Positions 38,922 through 47,929 of a stretch of DNA of 64,000 nucleotides are shown in pieces. Positions within the stretch are counted from its first letter, which is position 1, and the number at the start of each line of letters is the position of its first letter. The stretch lies in contig JANRKS010000006.1 in NCBI GenBank assembly GCA_033763315.1, forward strand, positions 128,001-192,000, in the 5' to 3' direction. Position numbers and translations under genes: made by a program. The stretch comes from Deltaproteobacteria bacterium. Lineage in GTDB: Bacteria; Myxococcota_A; Polyangia; Fen-1088. The notes under the pieces were generated by a model, which was not told where the DNA came from, searched no databases, and worked only from the letters and a program-made list of their open reading frames with translations.

Positions 38922-39134
38922 GTGACGGCAATGGGTAAGGTGAAGTGGTTCAGCAACGTGAAGGGGTTTGGGTTTATCGAGCGAGATGATGGCGCCGACG
39001 TTTTCGTACATCACAGCTCGATTCAGATGGAGGGGTATCGTTCGCTGAAAGGGGGGCAACCGGTCGAGTTTGAAGTCATCGACGGTCCCAAGGGCCCGCA
39101 AGCGCAGAACGTGCGACGCACCGGCAACGCCTAG
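38922..39134 (+). CDS. Cold-shock domain protein
   Basis: GKVKWF, KGFGFI (RNP1), DVFVH (RNP2), KGPQAQNV; GGAGGA RBS before GTG 38922 (alternative ATG 38931). Confidence 0.95.
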   Translation: MTAMGKVKWFSNVKGFGFIERDDGADVFVHHSSIQMEGYRSLKGGQPVEFEVIDGPKGPQAQNVRRTGNA

Positions 39135-39270
39135 GAAGCTCCCCACGAGAACCCGGGGCCGGTCTGCTTGTTCGACCGGCTTCGGGGCTGCTTCGACACC
39201 CCAAAAAGAATTTTTCGTTCGCTTAGATCTTTTCGCCGGGGCGTGCGTTCAACGTCTCAGGAGATAGACG

Positions 39271-40209
39271 ATGAACAACGAACGACGCACGGTGATGAAG
39301 TTGTCCTTGGGTGCTCTGGTTGCGGCCGCCGCCTGCGCCGCCCCTCAAAGTTCGATGGCTGGTGCTCTGCGCGATCAAGCGGGGCCCTACGAGATTGAAG
39401 TGTTGGTGGACGGGCAGCCGTTGAACACTTACTCCCACCGTGGTGAGACGTACGTTATGGGCCAAAAGGGTGAGCGCTATGTCCTCCGTGTTCACAACCG
39501 TTCATACCGCCGTGTAGAGGCGGTGGTGACGGTGGACGGCCTCGACGTCATCGACGGCAAGCCAGGCTCCGTGCAGAAACGCGGCTACTTGGTGCCAGCG
39601 TGGGGCGCGGTGGACATCGACGGCTGGCGGTTGTCGGCCGCTCAAGTGGCGGCGTTTCGCTTCTCTTCCGTGGCGGCCTCGTACGCGGGCCGCATGGGCC
39701 AGCCTCGCAATGTGGGCGTGATCGGCGTGGCCATGTTCCCCGAACGCGTGGTGCGCCCGCTGCCTCGCCCCGTCATGCCTTACCGCCGTCCGGCCCCTCG
39801 TCCTTACGACGACGCCTATGGTGGCTTGCAAAAGAGCGAAGCCGAAGCGCCACGGGCCGCCGCACCTGCCTCGCCTGCCAACGAAGCTTTGGCGGACGCC
39901 GATGGCCGCGCGTCAGGTGGAGCCCCGGCGAAGTCTGCGGAACGAAGCCGAAACCGTCCCGGGTTGGGCACCCAGTTTGGCGAACAAGTGGATTCCGATG
40001 TGCACGAGGTGGCGTTTGAACGCGCCAACGCCAGCAACCCCAGCGTCGTGTTTGGCGTCCGCTACAACGACCGTCGCGGGTTGGTGGCGATGGGTATCGA
40101 CGTGGACGGTGATCGCGCTTGGTCTGACGCCAACCTACGCCGCACAGCCGAACCATTTCCAGCGTCGTCGGGCTTTGCTCGGCCGCCGCGTGGCTGGAAT
40201 GGTGAATAA
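39271..40209 (+). CDS. Secreted protein of unknown function
   Basis: AGGAG RBS, signal peptide, globular region (GERYVLRVHN...VTVDGLDVIDG...IDGWR...NVGVIGVA), Pro/Ala linker and GLGTQFGE tail. Confidence 0.8.
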   Translation: MNNERRTVMKLSLGALVAAAACAAPQSSMAGALRDQAGPYEIEVLVDGQPLNTYSHRGETYVMGQKGERYVLRVHNRSYRRVEAVVTVDGLDVIDGKPGSVQKRGYLVPAWGAVDIDGWRLSAAQVAAFRFSSVAASYAGRMGQPRNVGVIGVAMFPERVVRPLPRPVMPYRRPAPRPYDDAYGGLQKSEAEAPRAAAPASPANEALADADGRASGGAPAKSAERSRNRPGLGTQFGEQVDSDVHEVAFERANASNPSVVFGVRYNDRRGLVAMGIDVDGDRAWSDANLRRTAEPFPASSGFARPPRGWNGE

Positions 40210-40305
40210 CGTCCTCGTGAAGAGCGAGCGAAGCAGGGGGCGCCGCGACCAAACCGTCACGGTGCCCCTGTTCAGCGTAAAGCAATTAGGCGACGATAAC
40301 CGCGG

Positions 40306-40926
40306 ATGACCGACGAGGCCCTCATGCAAGCGTTCCAGATGGGCGACGCCAAAGCTTTTGCCACGTTGGTGCAACGGCACGAGACGAAGCTGTGGAATTT
40401 CTTGCGCCGTTATGTGGGCGATGCCGCCACCGCCGAAGATTTGCTTCAGGATGTTTTCATGCGCGTGTTGGCTCATGCAGCCGAATGGACGCCTGCCGCG
40501 AAAGTGACGACGTGGATGTACACCATCGCTCGCAACCTCTGCACCGATCATGCCCGCCGCGCCGTCCATCGCCACGCGGTTTCGCTGGATGGCGCGCCCA
40601 CCGCACGCATGACACAAGAGGATTCGGGTCCGGTTTTGGTTGAACGCTTGGCGGGGCCCGATCTTGGAGGCGAACACAACGTGTCCACCGCCCAGATGGT
40701 CAAAGAGCTGGATGTTGCGTTGGCCGCGTTGCCAGAGGAGCAGCGCGAAGTTTTCTTGATGCGTGAAGTGATGGATCTATCGTTCGCTGAAATTGCCGAA
40801 GCGGTGGGCGCTTCGGTACCCACTGTGAAAAGTCGTATGCGCTACGCACTTGAACGGTTGCGCGAAGCTTTGGTCGCCTTTCGCGAATCAGGCACACACA
40901 GCGCGGTTGTGCAGGTGCAGCCATGA
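40306..40926 (+). CDS. ECF RNA polymerase sigma factor
   Basis: AEDLLQDVF, TWMYTIARN (region 2); LPEEQREVFLMRE...SFAEIA...TVKSRMRYA (region 4). Confidence 0.95.
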   Translation: MTDEALMQAFQMGDAKAFATLVQRHETKLWNFLRRYVGDAATAEDLLQDVFMRVLAHAAEWTPAAKVTTWMYTIARNLCTDHARRAVHRHAVSLDGAPTARMTQEDSGPVLVERLAGPDLGGEHNVSTAQMVKELDVALAALPEEQREVFLMREVMDLSFAEIAEAVGASVPTVKSRMRYALERLREALVAFRESGTHSAVVQVQP

Positions 40927-42143
40927 CGCGCATGCCGTTGACGGAAGAGAGTTTCCGCGATCAAGCGATCGATTACCTGGATAACCTGCTGAGCGAAGAA
41001 GATCGCGCGGCCTTTGAGGAGGCGTGTCGAAAGAATCCTGTATGGGCCACGTACGTTTCCGAACTTGGCACCACATGGCGGCGTGCGGGGCGCTTGTTGC
41101 AACAGGCACAGGAAGCAGCGCCTGCGCGCGTGATGGCGCACGTTATGGCGGAGGCTGAAAAACGCGCCGCAGTGCTGGCCGCCACCACGGTGCCAACGAT
41201 GCCCGCCGTGCAAGCGGCGCGGCCCGCGCGCGATCTGTGGTCAGTGGTGAAAGGCTGGTTCGCTCGGCCTTGGCTGGCACCTGTCTTGGTGGCCACGGCC
41301 GCGGTTGGGTTCTATGTGTTTTCGCAGGAAAGCTGGAAGTCGGCCCGTCCGCAATCAATGGCCCTGGATCCTGTGCAGCAGGAGGTGGCAAAAGAAGAAT
41401 CCGTTGATCCGCAGGTGGGGCCTGGGGCGGCGAGGTCGTCTATGAATCCGAAGGAAGCGCTTGCCGAGCGAAAGGCAGACGCTGTTGTTGAACGAAGATC
41501 GCACGCGCGTGGCGGCGTGCCCGCCAAAGCCGCTGACAGGCGGGCCATGAAACCAGCCGCCCGCAAAGCCAAGACGCAAGAGCGGGACGACGACACGCTT
41601 GGCGGTCTCCTTGACGAAGGGCCTGCCGCAGGTTGGGGATCTGGCAAAGGCGAGGGTTATGCAGCGCCACCCTCGGGCTGGCGTGGGTCTGCAGAAAAGA
41701 AGGTGGCTGCGGATGGCGTGAACCAGATGCCAGCACCGCGGCCGGAGCCGACGGCCGAGGCACCCAAACGCGTGCCGGCGCCGTCAAGCGGCGGCAGCGC
41801 CGGCGCGCGCGCGCCTTCTCTCTCCGCTGCGCCACCGCCCTTGGCCGCTGCACCACCCCCCGCCGCCGCTCCGGCGCCCCCCGCCGCCGCACCGGCCTCG
41901 CCCGCGCAAGGGTTCATGCGAAACAGCGAAGCGGAGGAAGCGGCGCCCTCAGACGCCGAGAATGCGAAGGCGCCCGCGTTGTCGCGTGCCGATCTGCTGC
42001 AAAAAGCGGCCTTTGCCGAAACGAATGGCGACTGGCAGAGCGCGGTGCAAACCTACCGCGAACTGCTGCGGCGTTTTCCTCACGATAAAGACGCCGCTCG
42101 CTGGAAACAACGCCTGGTCACGGCCAGCTCACACCTGCGCTAA
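40923..42143 (+). CDS. Putative membrane anti-sigma factor with C-terminal TPR-like helices
   Basis: ATGA overlap with the sigma gene; DYLDNLLSEEDRAAFEE anti-sigma N-terminus, TM helix, Ala/Pro-rich region, GDWQSAVQTYRELLRRFP. Confidence 0.78.
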   Translation: MTRMPLTEESFRDQAIDYLDNLLSEEDRAAFEEACRKNPVWATYVSELGTTWRRAGRLLQQAQEAAPARVMAHVMAEAEKRAAVLAATTVPTMPAVQAARPARDLWSVVKGWFARPWLAPVLVATAAVGFYVFSQESWKSARPQSMALDPVQQEVAKEESVDPQVGPGAARSSMNPKEALAERKADAVVERRSHARGGVPAKAADRRAMKPAARKAKTQERDDDTLGGLLDEGPAAGWGSGKGEGYAAPPSGWRGSAEKKVAADGVNQMPAPRPEPTAEAPKRVPAPSSGGSAGARAPSLSAAPPPLAAAPPPAAAPAPPAAAPASPAQGFMRNSEAEEAAPSDAENAKAPALSRADLLQKAAFAETNGDWQSAVQTYRELLRRFPHDKDAARWKQRLVTASSHLR

Positions 42144-43153
42144 ACGTTCACGCGGTTGATGTCGAGCGTTCCTTGCGCTTCATCCCACTGCACATCCAAC
42201 GTGCCGCGCGGTTGCTCTTGCAAACAAGCCGCCGGTTGCACGGACGCCATTCGCACGGCTTCATCAAACGAAACGCCCGCGTACTTCATCACCAACGCCA
42301 CGGCGCGGTTCATTGTGAGCGCCGAGCCGGCCAAGCGACCATCATCTGTGCGGCTGGCGCGGCCGTGGGCGTCCAGTGCCACGTCGATGTCGCCCAAGGT
42401 GTAGCGCCCCGGTGCTTGCCCGGCCGCGGCCATCGCGTCGGTGACCAAGACCGCGCGCCCTGGCGTTTTGGCGCGCACCATGATCTTCACGCTGTTTGGC
42501 TCAAGATGGTGCCCATCCACAATCAATCCCGCGGTCAATTGATCGGCACCAAGCTGTTGCCAGATCACGTTGTCATACCGGGGCAGGGTGCGCGCTGTGG
42601 CGTTGCCTAAATGCGTGCTCATGGTTGCACCCGCCGCCACGGCGTCGCGCACTTGTTGGCCGTTGGCATTCGAATGACCAATGGCCACCACCACACCCTG
42701 GGCCACAGCGAATTCAATCAAGGCGAGCGCGCCCGGCATTTCCGGCGCCAACGTCAGCAAGCGCACGCGACCCTGCGCGGCGTCTTGCCGGCGTTGAAAA
42801 TCATCTATGGCGGCAGGTTGCACCAAGGGCTTCGGGTGGGCGCCGCGCGGTCCATCAGCGCCGTTGATGTAAGGCCCTTCAAGATGAAAGCCCGCGACGG
42901 ACGGCAGCGACGTGTGTAACCACGGCCTCACGCACGCGGTGAAATGTTCGACCGTGCACGTGATGAACGTCGGCAAAAACCGGGTGACGCCGGTGGCCGC
43001 CATGGCCGCGGCCGCGTGGGTCAACGCCTCTGCGGAAACTCCGGGCGTGTTGAAATCCACGCCTGCGAAACCATTGACCTGCAGATCGAAAAAACCAGGG
43101 ACCAAAGCGGTGTGCACAGCGCCTTCACTTTGAGGCACGCGGCGGTCTTGCAC
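42140..43153 (-). CDS. nagA: N-acetylglucosamine-6-phosphate deacetylase
   Basis: PGFFDLQVNG, HLEGPY, TLAPE, GHSNA, THLGNA, DGHH, VTDA, LAGSAL. Confidence 0.92.
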   Translation of the reverse strand: MQDRRVPQSEGAVHTALVPGFFDLQVNGFAGVDFNTPGVSAEALTHAAAAMAATGVTRFLPTFITCTVEHFTACVRPWLHTSLPSVAGFHLEGPYINGADGPRGAHPKPLVQPAAIDDFQRRQDAAQGRVRLLTLAPEMPGALALIEFAVAQGVVVAIGHSNANGQQVRDAVAAGATMSTHLGNATARTLPRYDNVIWQQLGADQLTAGLIVDGHHLEPNSVKIMVRAKTPGRAVLVTDAMAAAGQAPGRYTLGDIDVALDAHGRASRTDDGRLAGSALTMNRAVALVMKYAGVSFDEAVRMASVQPAACLQEQPRGTLDVQWDEAQGTLDINRVNV

Positions 43154-43163
43154 AAGCGCTGGC

Positions 43164-43892
43164 TCAGTTCACCACGATGCCACTTAACGTCGAGTTGTTT
43201 TCGTCACAGGCGTTTTTGCCCGAGTTGCATAGCTCCGGAGGCACCACATTGTTGGTTACACCCGTGGGAATCAGCTCTGGCGTTGGGCCCAACACGACTT
43301 CGAGCACCACATTGGTGCGCCCATCCGCCGCTGTGCCTTGCGATCGCACAAGCACCGTGTTGTTCGTGTCGATCGTATAGTTTCCTTGTCGCAAATCAGA
43401 GGCATCGTTGCGGATCCAAACGGTGTACGTGCCCATGTTCGTGGCTGTCGGCGCGTTGCCCGTGCCCACGTCCCGGCCAAAGGTGGGCGGCGGATAAGCC
43501 ACGTTCAGCAGTGGCACGCCCGCTTGATCCACCATCACGGCCCCCACGCCATTGGGTTGCCCCGTCACCGGATCCACTTGTGTCGGCACCCGATCGCTGC
43601 CTGGATTCAAGCCGCCAAGCACCGTTGGCAGATCAGGCGCCACCGGATCGTTCAAGATCGCGCGCGCCCTCTCGATGCCCGCCTCGGCCACGTACAAAGC
43701 GTTGCTGCGCAAGTTCACGTTCGCGCTCATCTGCAGGTTGCCGTTGGTCAACCATAAGGCGGTCATCCCCAACCCCATCAGCGTGACCAGCACCATCATC
43801 ACCACGATCAAGACGGCGCCCCTGTCGCGCACGCGCGCCGCAGGCGGGTCCACGCCCGCCTTCCATGAACGGGATCTGCACAGATCGATCAT
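43164..43892 (-). CDS. pilX: Type IV minor pilin PilX-like (copy 2)
   Basis: Prepilin site RG|AVLIVV without Glu5; ALYVAEAGIE; YTVWIRND; VRSQG. Confidence 0.8.
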   Translation of the reverse strand: MIDLCRSRSWKAGVDPPAARVRDRGAVLIVVMMVLVTLMGLGMTALWLTNGNLQMSANVNLRSNALYVAEAGIERARAILNDPVAPDLPTVLGGLNPGSDRVPTQVDPVTGQPNGVGAVMVDQAGVPLLNVAYPPPTFGRDVGTGNAPTATNMGTYTVWIRNDASDLRQGNYTIDTNNTVLVRSQGTAADGRTNVVLEVVLGPTPELIPTGVTNNVVPPELCNSGKNACDENNSTLSGIVVN

Positions 43893-44587
43893 TGCGCCAC
43901 GACGCCGTATTGTGTGGAATTGTTGTCATCGCAGGCGTTCTTGCCAGCGTTGCACAGCACGGGAGGCGGAGGCCCACCTGCGCCCGGCATGTTGGCCGCC
44001 GCCGGTGAAGGGCCCAAGCTCACTTCCAAAACCACCGAGGTTCGACCATCACGGGCCACGCCACGTGAACGCACCACAACGGCGCTGTTGCCGTCCACCA
44101 AGAACTGGCCGCGCCGCAGTTCAGGCGCGTCGTTGCGGATCCAGACCGTGTATGTACCCATCGTCTCGGCGGTGCTCGTGGACGCCACACGTCCGAACGA
44201 TGGCGGCGGGTAAACCACGTTCACGAGCGGCAGTCCAGGCGTGGCGATGGGATCAGGGACGTTCATCATCACGGCGCCGATTCCATTGGCCGCGCCCGTA
44301 ACGGCATCCACCAACGTGGGCACATTGTCCAACGGGTGTGTGGAACCCGCAAGCAGCACAGGCATGTTTGGCGGCGTAGGCCCGTTGAGGATCGCGCGCG
44401 CTTGTTCAATGCCCGCTTCGGCCACGTAAAGCGCGTTGGCGCGCAAATTCACATTCGTTCCCACTTGCAGGTTGCCGCTGGTCATCCACAACGCCGTCAT
44501 CCCCATGCCCATCAGAACGAGCAGCACCATCATCACAACAACGAGGACAGCACCCTGATCGTTTCTGCGTTGTGGTTGTGAAAGCAT
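43889..44587 (-). CDS. pilX: Type IV minor pilin PilX-like (copy 1)
   Basis: QG|AVLVVV without Glu5; ALYVAEAGIE; YTVWIRND; VRSRG. Confidence 0.8.
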   Translation of the reverse strand: MLSQPQRRNDQGAVLVVVMMVLLVLMGMGMTALWMTSGNLQVGTNVNLRANALYVAEAGIEQARAILNGPTPPNMPVLLAGSTHPLDNVPTLVDAVTGAANGIGAVMMNVPDPIATPGLPLVNVVYPPPSFGRVASTSTAETMGTYTVWIRNDAPELRRGQFLVDGNSAVVVRSRGVARDGRTSVVLEVSLGPSPAAANMPGAGGPPPPVLCNAGKNACDDNNSTQYGVVAQ

Positions 44588-44597
44588 GACTTCGCCC

Positions 44598-45815
44598 CTA
44601 GTTCCGTGGAAACACGGTTGTGCTGATCGTGCGATGACGGAACATATCGAAAGCGCCCGGGATGCCATCTTCGACGGCCGGCTTGCGGTTGTTGGGCAAC
44701 CCTCGCAGGTTCTCGTCGGGCGCCAAAGAACGCGCGAGCAAAGTGACGCGAATGGCTTGCGGGCGGTTGCAACCGTTCACGGGCGGTACATCGCCGGCAA
44801 TGTTGTATGTCCACTCGTCCAAGGTGCTTGGATCTTCGATCAAGGTGCCGTCCGCAGGCGTGCCCACGGCGGCACCACGCAAGTCGCACGCGAAGGCCAC
44901 CTGCAAATCTTCGATGCCCTCGGCCAACGTTTGGGGGGGCAAGGTGGGATTGTCGAGGCGGGTCATCTCTAGAACGGGCGTACCGCCGACGGGTGCATTG
45001 ATGGCAAACCGCACCCAGTTCAATTGACCGAAGTTGCGAATGCCGGCGTTTGTCGCGTCGTAGGCGAAGGGCACCATCGGCGCCAAGTTGGCCGTGGGAT
45101 TCCAAAGCGATCCGGCGCTTAGCGTGTCGAGCAGGTTTGTGCCCGCGGTGATACCAACGATCTGCAGCAGCGTGCACCCGCGATCGAAGTTGCCGGACAG
45201 AGGGATGGCTGTGTTGTCGACGAGCACGATGAACTCGTTGTTGCGAAAAGCCGTGGTCAGGCCAGCCGCTGTGTTGATGGTGGATCGAGGCGTACCCACG
45301 GGCACAGTGGAAGCCAAGCGCGCGTCTGCGAAATTGCCGGAGGTGCCTACGCCGTAGGCCACAATGATGGCGTCGGGCGCGCCATTGGCGCCGTTTTGGA
45401 TCCACAAAGGCGCGATGCGCGCCGCGCCCGTGCCGTAAAACGGCGTGGCGTTGACGAGCGCGGCGTTCACGAACGCGCGCAAGCCTGTGGCAGGCGGCGT
45501 GTTGCCGGGCCCACTGACAGGGGGAGGATCGCCATTGTCAGCTCCGATGCCGTCTGAGTCAGGGCGCACACAACCCACCATGCCCGTGCCGGCCGCGCGC
45601 AAGTTGCGCGTGATGGTCTCCATCGCGGCCCACAAGTTTTGTTGAATGTTCAACAGTTTGGTCTGCGTTTCGTAAACCTGTTTTTGACCCGCAAAGAACA
45701 AGAAGGTTGAGCTTGTGACCAGCCCCGCGATCACCATGGTGACCAACAGTTCAACCAAGGTGACGCCAGCGTCTTTTTGCCAGGCGCCTGCGTTGACCCG
45801 ATGGCGTTTCACCAT
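44598..45815 (-). CDS. pilW: Type IV minor pilin PilW-like
   Basis: AG|VTLVELL prepilin motif; large size; LAEGIEDLQVAF and IRVTLLARS motifs; ends in PRN. Confidence 0.85.
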   Translation of the reverse strand: MVKRHRVNAGAWQKDAGVTLVELLVTMVIAGLVTSSTFLFFAGQKQVYETQTKLLNIQQNLWAAMETITRNLRAAGTGMVGCVRPDSDGIGADNGDPPPVSGPGNTPPATGLRAFVNAALVNATPFYGTGAARIAPLWIQNGANGAPDAIIVAYGVGTSGNFADARLASTVPVGTPRSTINTAAGLTTAFRNNEFIVLVDNTAIPLSGNFDRGCTLLQIVGITAGTNLLDTLSAGSLWNPTANLAPMVPFAYDATNAGIRNFGQLNWVRFAINAPVGGTPVLEMTRLDNPTLPPQTLAEGIEDLQVAFACDLRGAAVGTPADGTLIEDPSTLDEWTYNIAGDVPPVNGCNRPQAIRVTLLARSLAPDENLRGLPNNRKPAVEDGIPGAFDMFRHRTISTTVFPRN

Positions 45816-46255
45816 TCTTTCCTCCGCTCAACGTCGAGGCGCACCACCTTTGGCATGCCGCTGTCCAAGTTGTAGGTGATGGTCACCGAGATGTCGTAGG
45901 GCAGACCCGCGCCCGTGTTCAGCACACGCCATTGCCGCGCCCAGCGGTTGGTGGGCGACTGAGCGCCGACCCGCCCGTTCACATCCAAGTATTCGATGGC
46001 GCTCCAGTTGCCGGTGGCGCGTGGCAAAAGCATATCGACCACCGGAGGCCCGCGACGGGTCACGCGTGCGTTGAACTCTTCGATGGATTGCGAAGCCAGT
46101 CGCATGGCGATCTGGCCATCGTTTGCGTTTTGCGTGGACGAAAGAACCGTTTGCTGAATGGCGAGGGTTCCCATCAAGCCGATCATCGCCAGCAAAATGG
46201 CAATCATGACCTCCACCAAGGTAAAGCCTGCCGAGGCTTTGCGCTGCCGAGCCAT
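45809..46255 (-). CDS. pilV: Type IV minor pilin PilV-like
   Basis: AG|FTLVEVMIA prepilin motif; short pilin located between fimU and pilW; GGAGG RBS. Confidence 0.8.
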   Translation of the reverse strand: MARQRKASAGFTLVEVMIAILLAMIGLMGTLAIQQTVLSSTQNANDGQIAMRLASQSIEEFNARVTRRGPPVVDMLLPRATGNWSAIEYLDVNGRVGAQSPTNRWARQWRVLNTGAGLPYDISVTITYNLDSGMPKVVRLDVERRKEW

Positions 46256-46257
46256 GT

Positions 46258-46884
46258 TTACCGACCCTCCCGCAACTGGACGTAACCGGTGAGGGCCGTG
46301 ACGTCGATGCGTGCGTTGCGAAAAGGATGATTGGCGGGAAGTGTGGAGTTGCGTATCCAAATGAACGCGGGTGTCCATTGCGGTTGGCCCACAACCTGAA
46401 TCCCGCCCAACGTCGTGAATTGCACTTCAACCATCGTGGCCGTGGTCAACACCGGGCCCGAGGGCGCGGTATTTGTGGTGGTCACGTCTAAAATTTCCAC
46501 GCCGTTCTTCGCTTGCAGCACGCGGATCACCGGATCCGTGGTCAGCGGCAGAATCGGCGGATCGCCCAAGGCCACACCGGGCCGGGCGATGCGAAACTCC
46601 ACGCGGTCGCTGAAAAAATACGCATGCACGGGCAGGCGTTCCGCCACGGCTTCGTTCTTTGAACGTTGCAGATCCTTCGCCAAGGACCCCGTGAACCCGC
46701 GCACATCAGACTCTTTGCGGTCACCCGTCATCATGGGCGCGGCGACCGCCGCCAAAATGCCCACGATAACCACGGTGACCAACAGCTCGATCAGCGTGAA
46801 GCCACTGTCGCCGTCGGCAGACCTGTCGCTCGCCCTCTTAGTAGATCGATGGTTTTGCCGTCTGGAGCGTGGCGTTGCGTGCAT
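46258..46884 (-). CDS. fimU: Type IV minor pilin FimU/FimT-like
   Basis: SG|FTLIELLVTVVIVGILAAVAAP; LQRSKNEAV; first gene of the cluster. Confidence 0.8.
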   Translation of the reverse strand: MHATPRSRRQNHRSTKRASDRSADGDSGFTLIELLVTVVIVGILAAVAAPMMTGDRKESDVRGFTGSLAKDLQRSKNEAVAERLPVHAYFFSDRVEFRIARPGVALGDPPILPLTTDPVIRVLQAKNGVEILDVTTTNTAPSGPVLTTATMVEVQFTTLGGIQVVGQPQWTPAFIWIRNSTLPANHPFRNARIDVTALTGYVQLREGR

Positions 46885-46909
46885 GAAGGGAAAACCCCAA
46901 TTCCCCTAT

Positions 46910-46925
46910 TGCAAGTCGGCAGCCA
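46910..46925 (-). promoter_or_regulatory. Candidate sigma-54 promoter of the minor pilin operon
   Basis: Minus strand reads TGGCTGCCGACTTGCA (GG-N10-GC, TGGC...TTGCA) just upstream of fimU. Confidence 0.55.
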
Positions 46926-47097
46926 CGGCTATGACTTAAGGATATTCGTGCCTTGCGCGTCTCATGCGCCTCTAAACCGCCGCGCAAGTGACAATTTTGG
47001 GCCGGCAGTCGGCTTTGACTGCGCAAATTCGTTCAGGGCGACAACGTCCGAGGTGTGCGCTCATGCCGGCCCGTCACACACGTTTACGCGGGCGCCC

Positions 47098-47838
47098 TTA
47101 GAGCTTCTTCGCGATGTCCTTGCCTGCGGCGCGATCCAAGTACCAGGTTGTGTTGCCCGCACGCGGGTTAATGCGTGCGGCGGGAAACTTCTCACGCCCC
47201 GGCACGCGCCCGATGATGGTGGCCAGCATGTTGGCCTTGTTGGCGCCTGTGACCACAAAGGCAACATGCGACGCGGCGTTGATGAGCTCGTAAGTGAACG
47301 ACACGCGCTTTTGCCCTGTGCTGGGATGAGACGCCACCCCGCACAGTTCGTTCGCGGCTTGCAGCTCCTGCTCGGGAAACAGCGATGCGGTGTGACCGTC
47401 GTCGCCCATGCCCAGCAACACCCAATCAAACCGCGGGAGGCCGCCCCTTTGGCGCTCCACAACGTTGCGAATCTCGTCGGCATAACGCGCCGACTCGGCC
47501 TCGGGTGCGTTCTCTCCAACGATGCGATGAATCTGCTCGGCGCGAATCGGCACATGGTTCAGCATCACTTCGCTTGCCATGTGAAAGTTGCTGTCTGCCG
47601 CGTTGGGAGGCACGCAACGTTCATCGCCCCAAAACAGCTCCAAGCAGTGCCATGGCATCTCGTTCACGAATTCCGGGCCGGACAGATGCTGGTAAAGCAG
47701 CTTGGGGGTGGTTCCGCCTGACAAAGCCAATGCAAACCGACGCTGCGCCGAGGCCGCCAGGCGGGCCGCGGCCACCAAATCATGAGCGACACGTTTGGCC
47801 ACCGTGTCCGCGTCCTTCGCGATGACAATGTTCTCCAT
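47098..47838 (-). CDS. pgl: 6-phosphogluconolactonase
   Basis: ALSGGTTP, FWGDERCVP, LLGMGDDGHTASLFP. Confidence 0.95.
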   Translation of the reverse strand: MENIVIAKDADTVAKRVAHDLVAAARLAASAQRRFALALSGGTTPKLLYQHLSGPEFVNEMPWHCLELFWGDERCVPPNAADSNFHMASEVMLNHVPIRAEQIHRIVGENAPEAESARYADEIRNVVERQRGGLPRFDWVLLGMGDDGHTASLFPEQELQAANELCGVASHPSTGQKRVSFTYELINAASHVAFVVTGANKANMLATIIGRVPGREKFPAARINPRAGNTTWYLDRAAGKDIAKKL

Positions 47839-47929
47839 TTCGCGGCGCCTAGTCTCACACGACCCGCCGTGTTTTGCACGCAAGCACACGCCGACCCCAG
47901 CGGGGGGACGGCCCCGTCGCCATCGAGGC

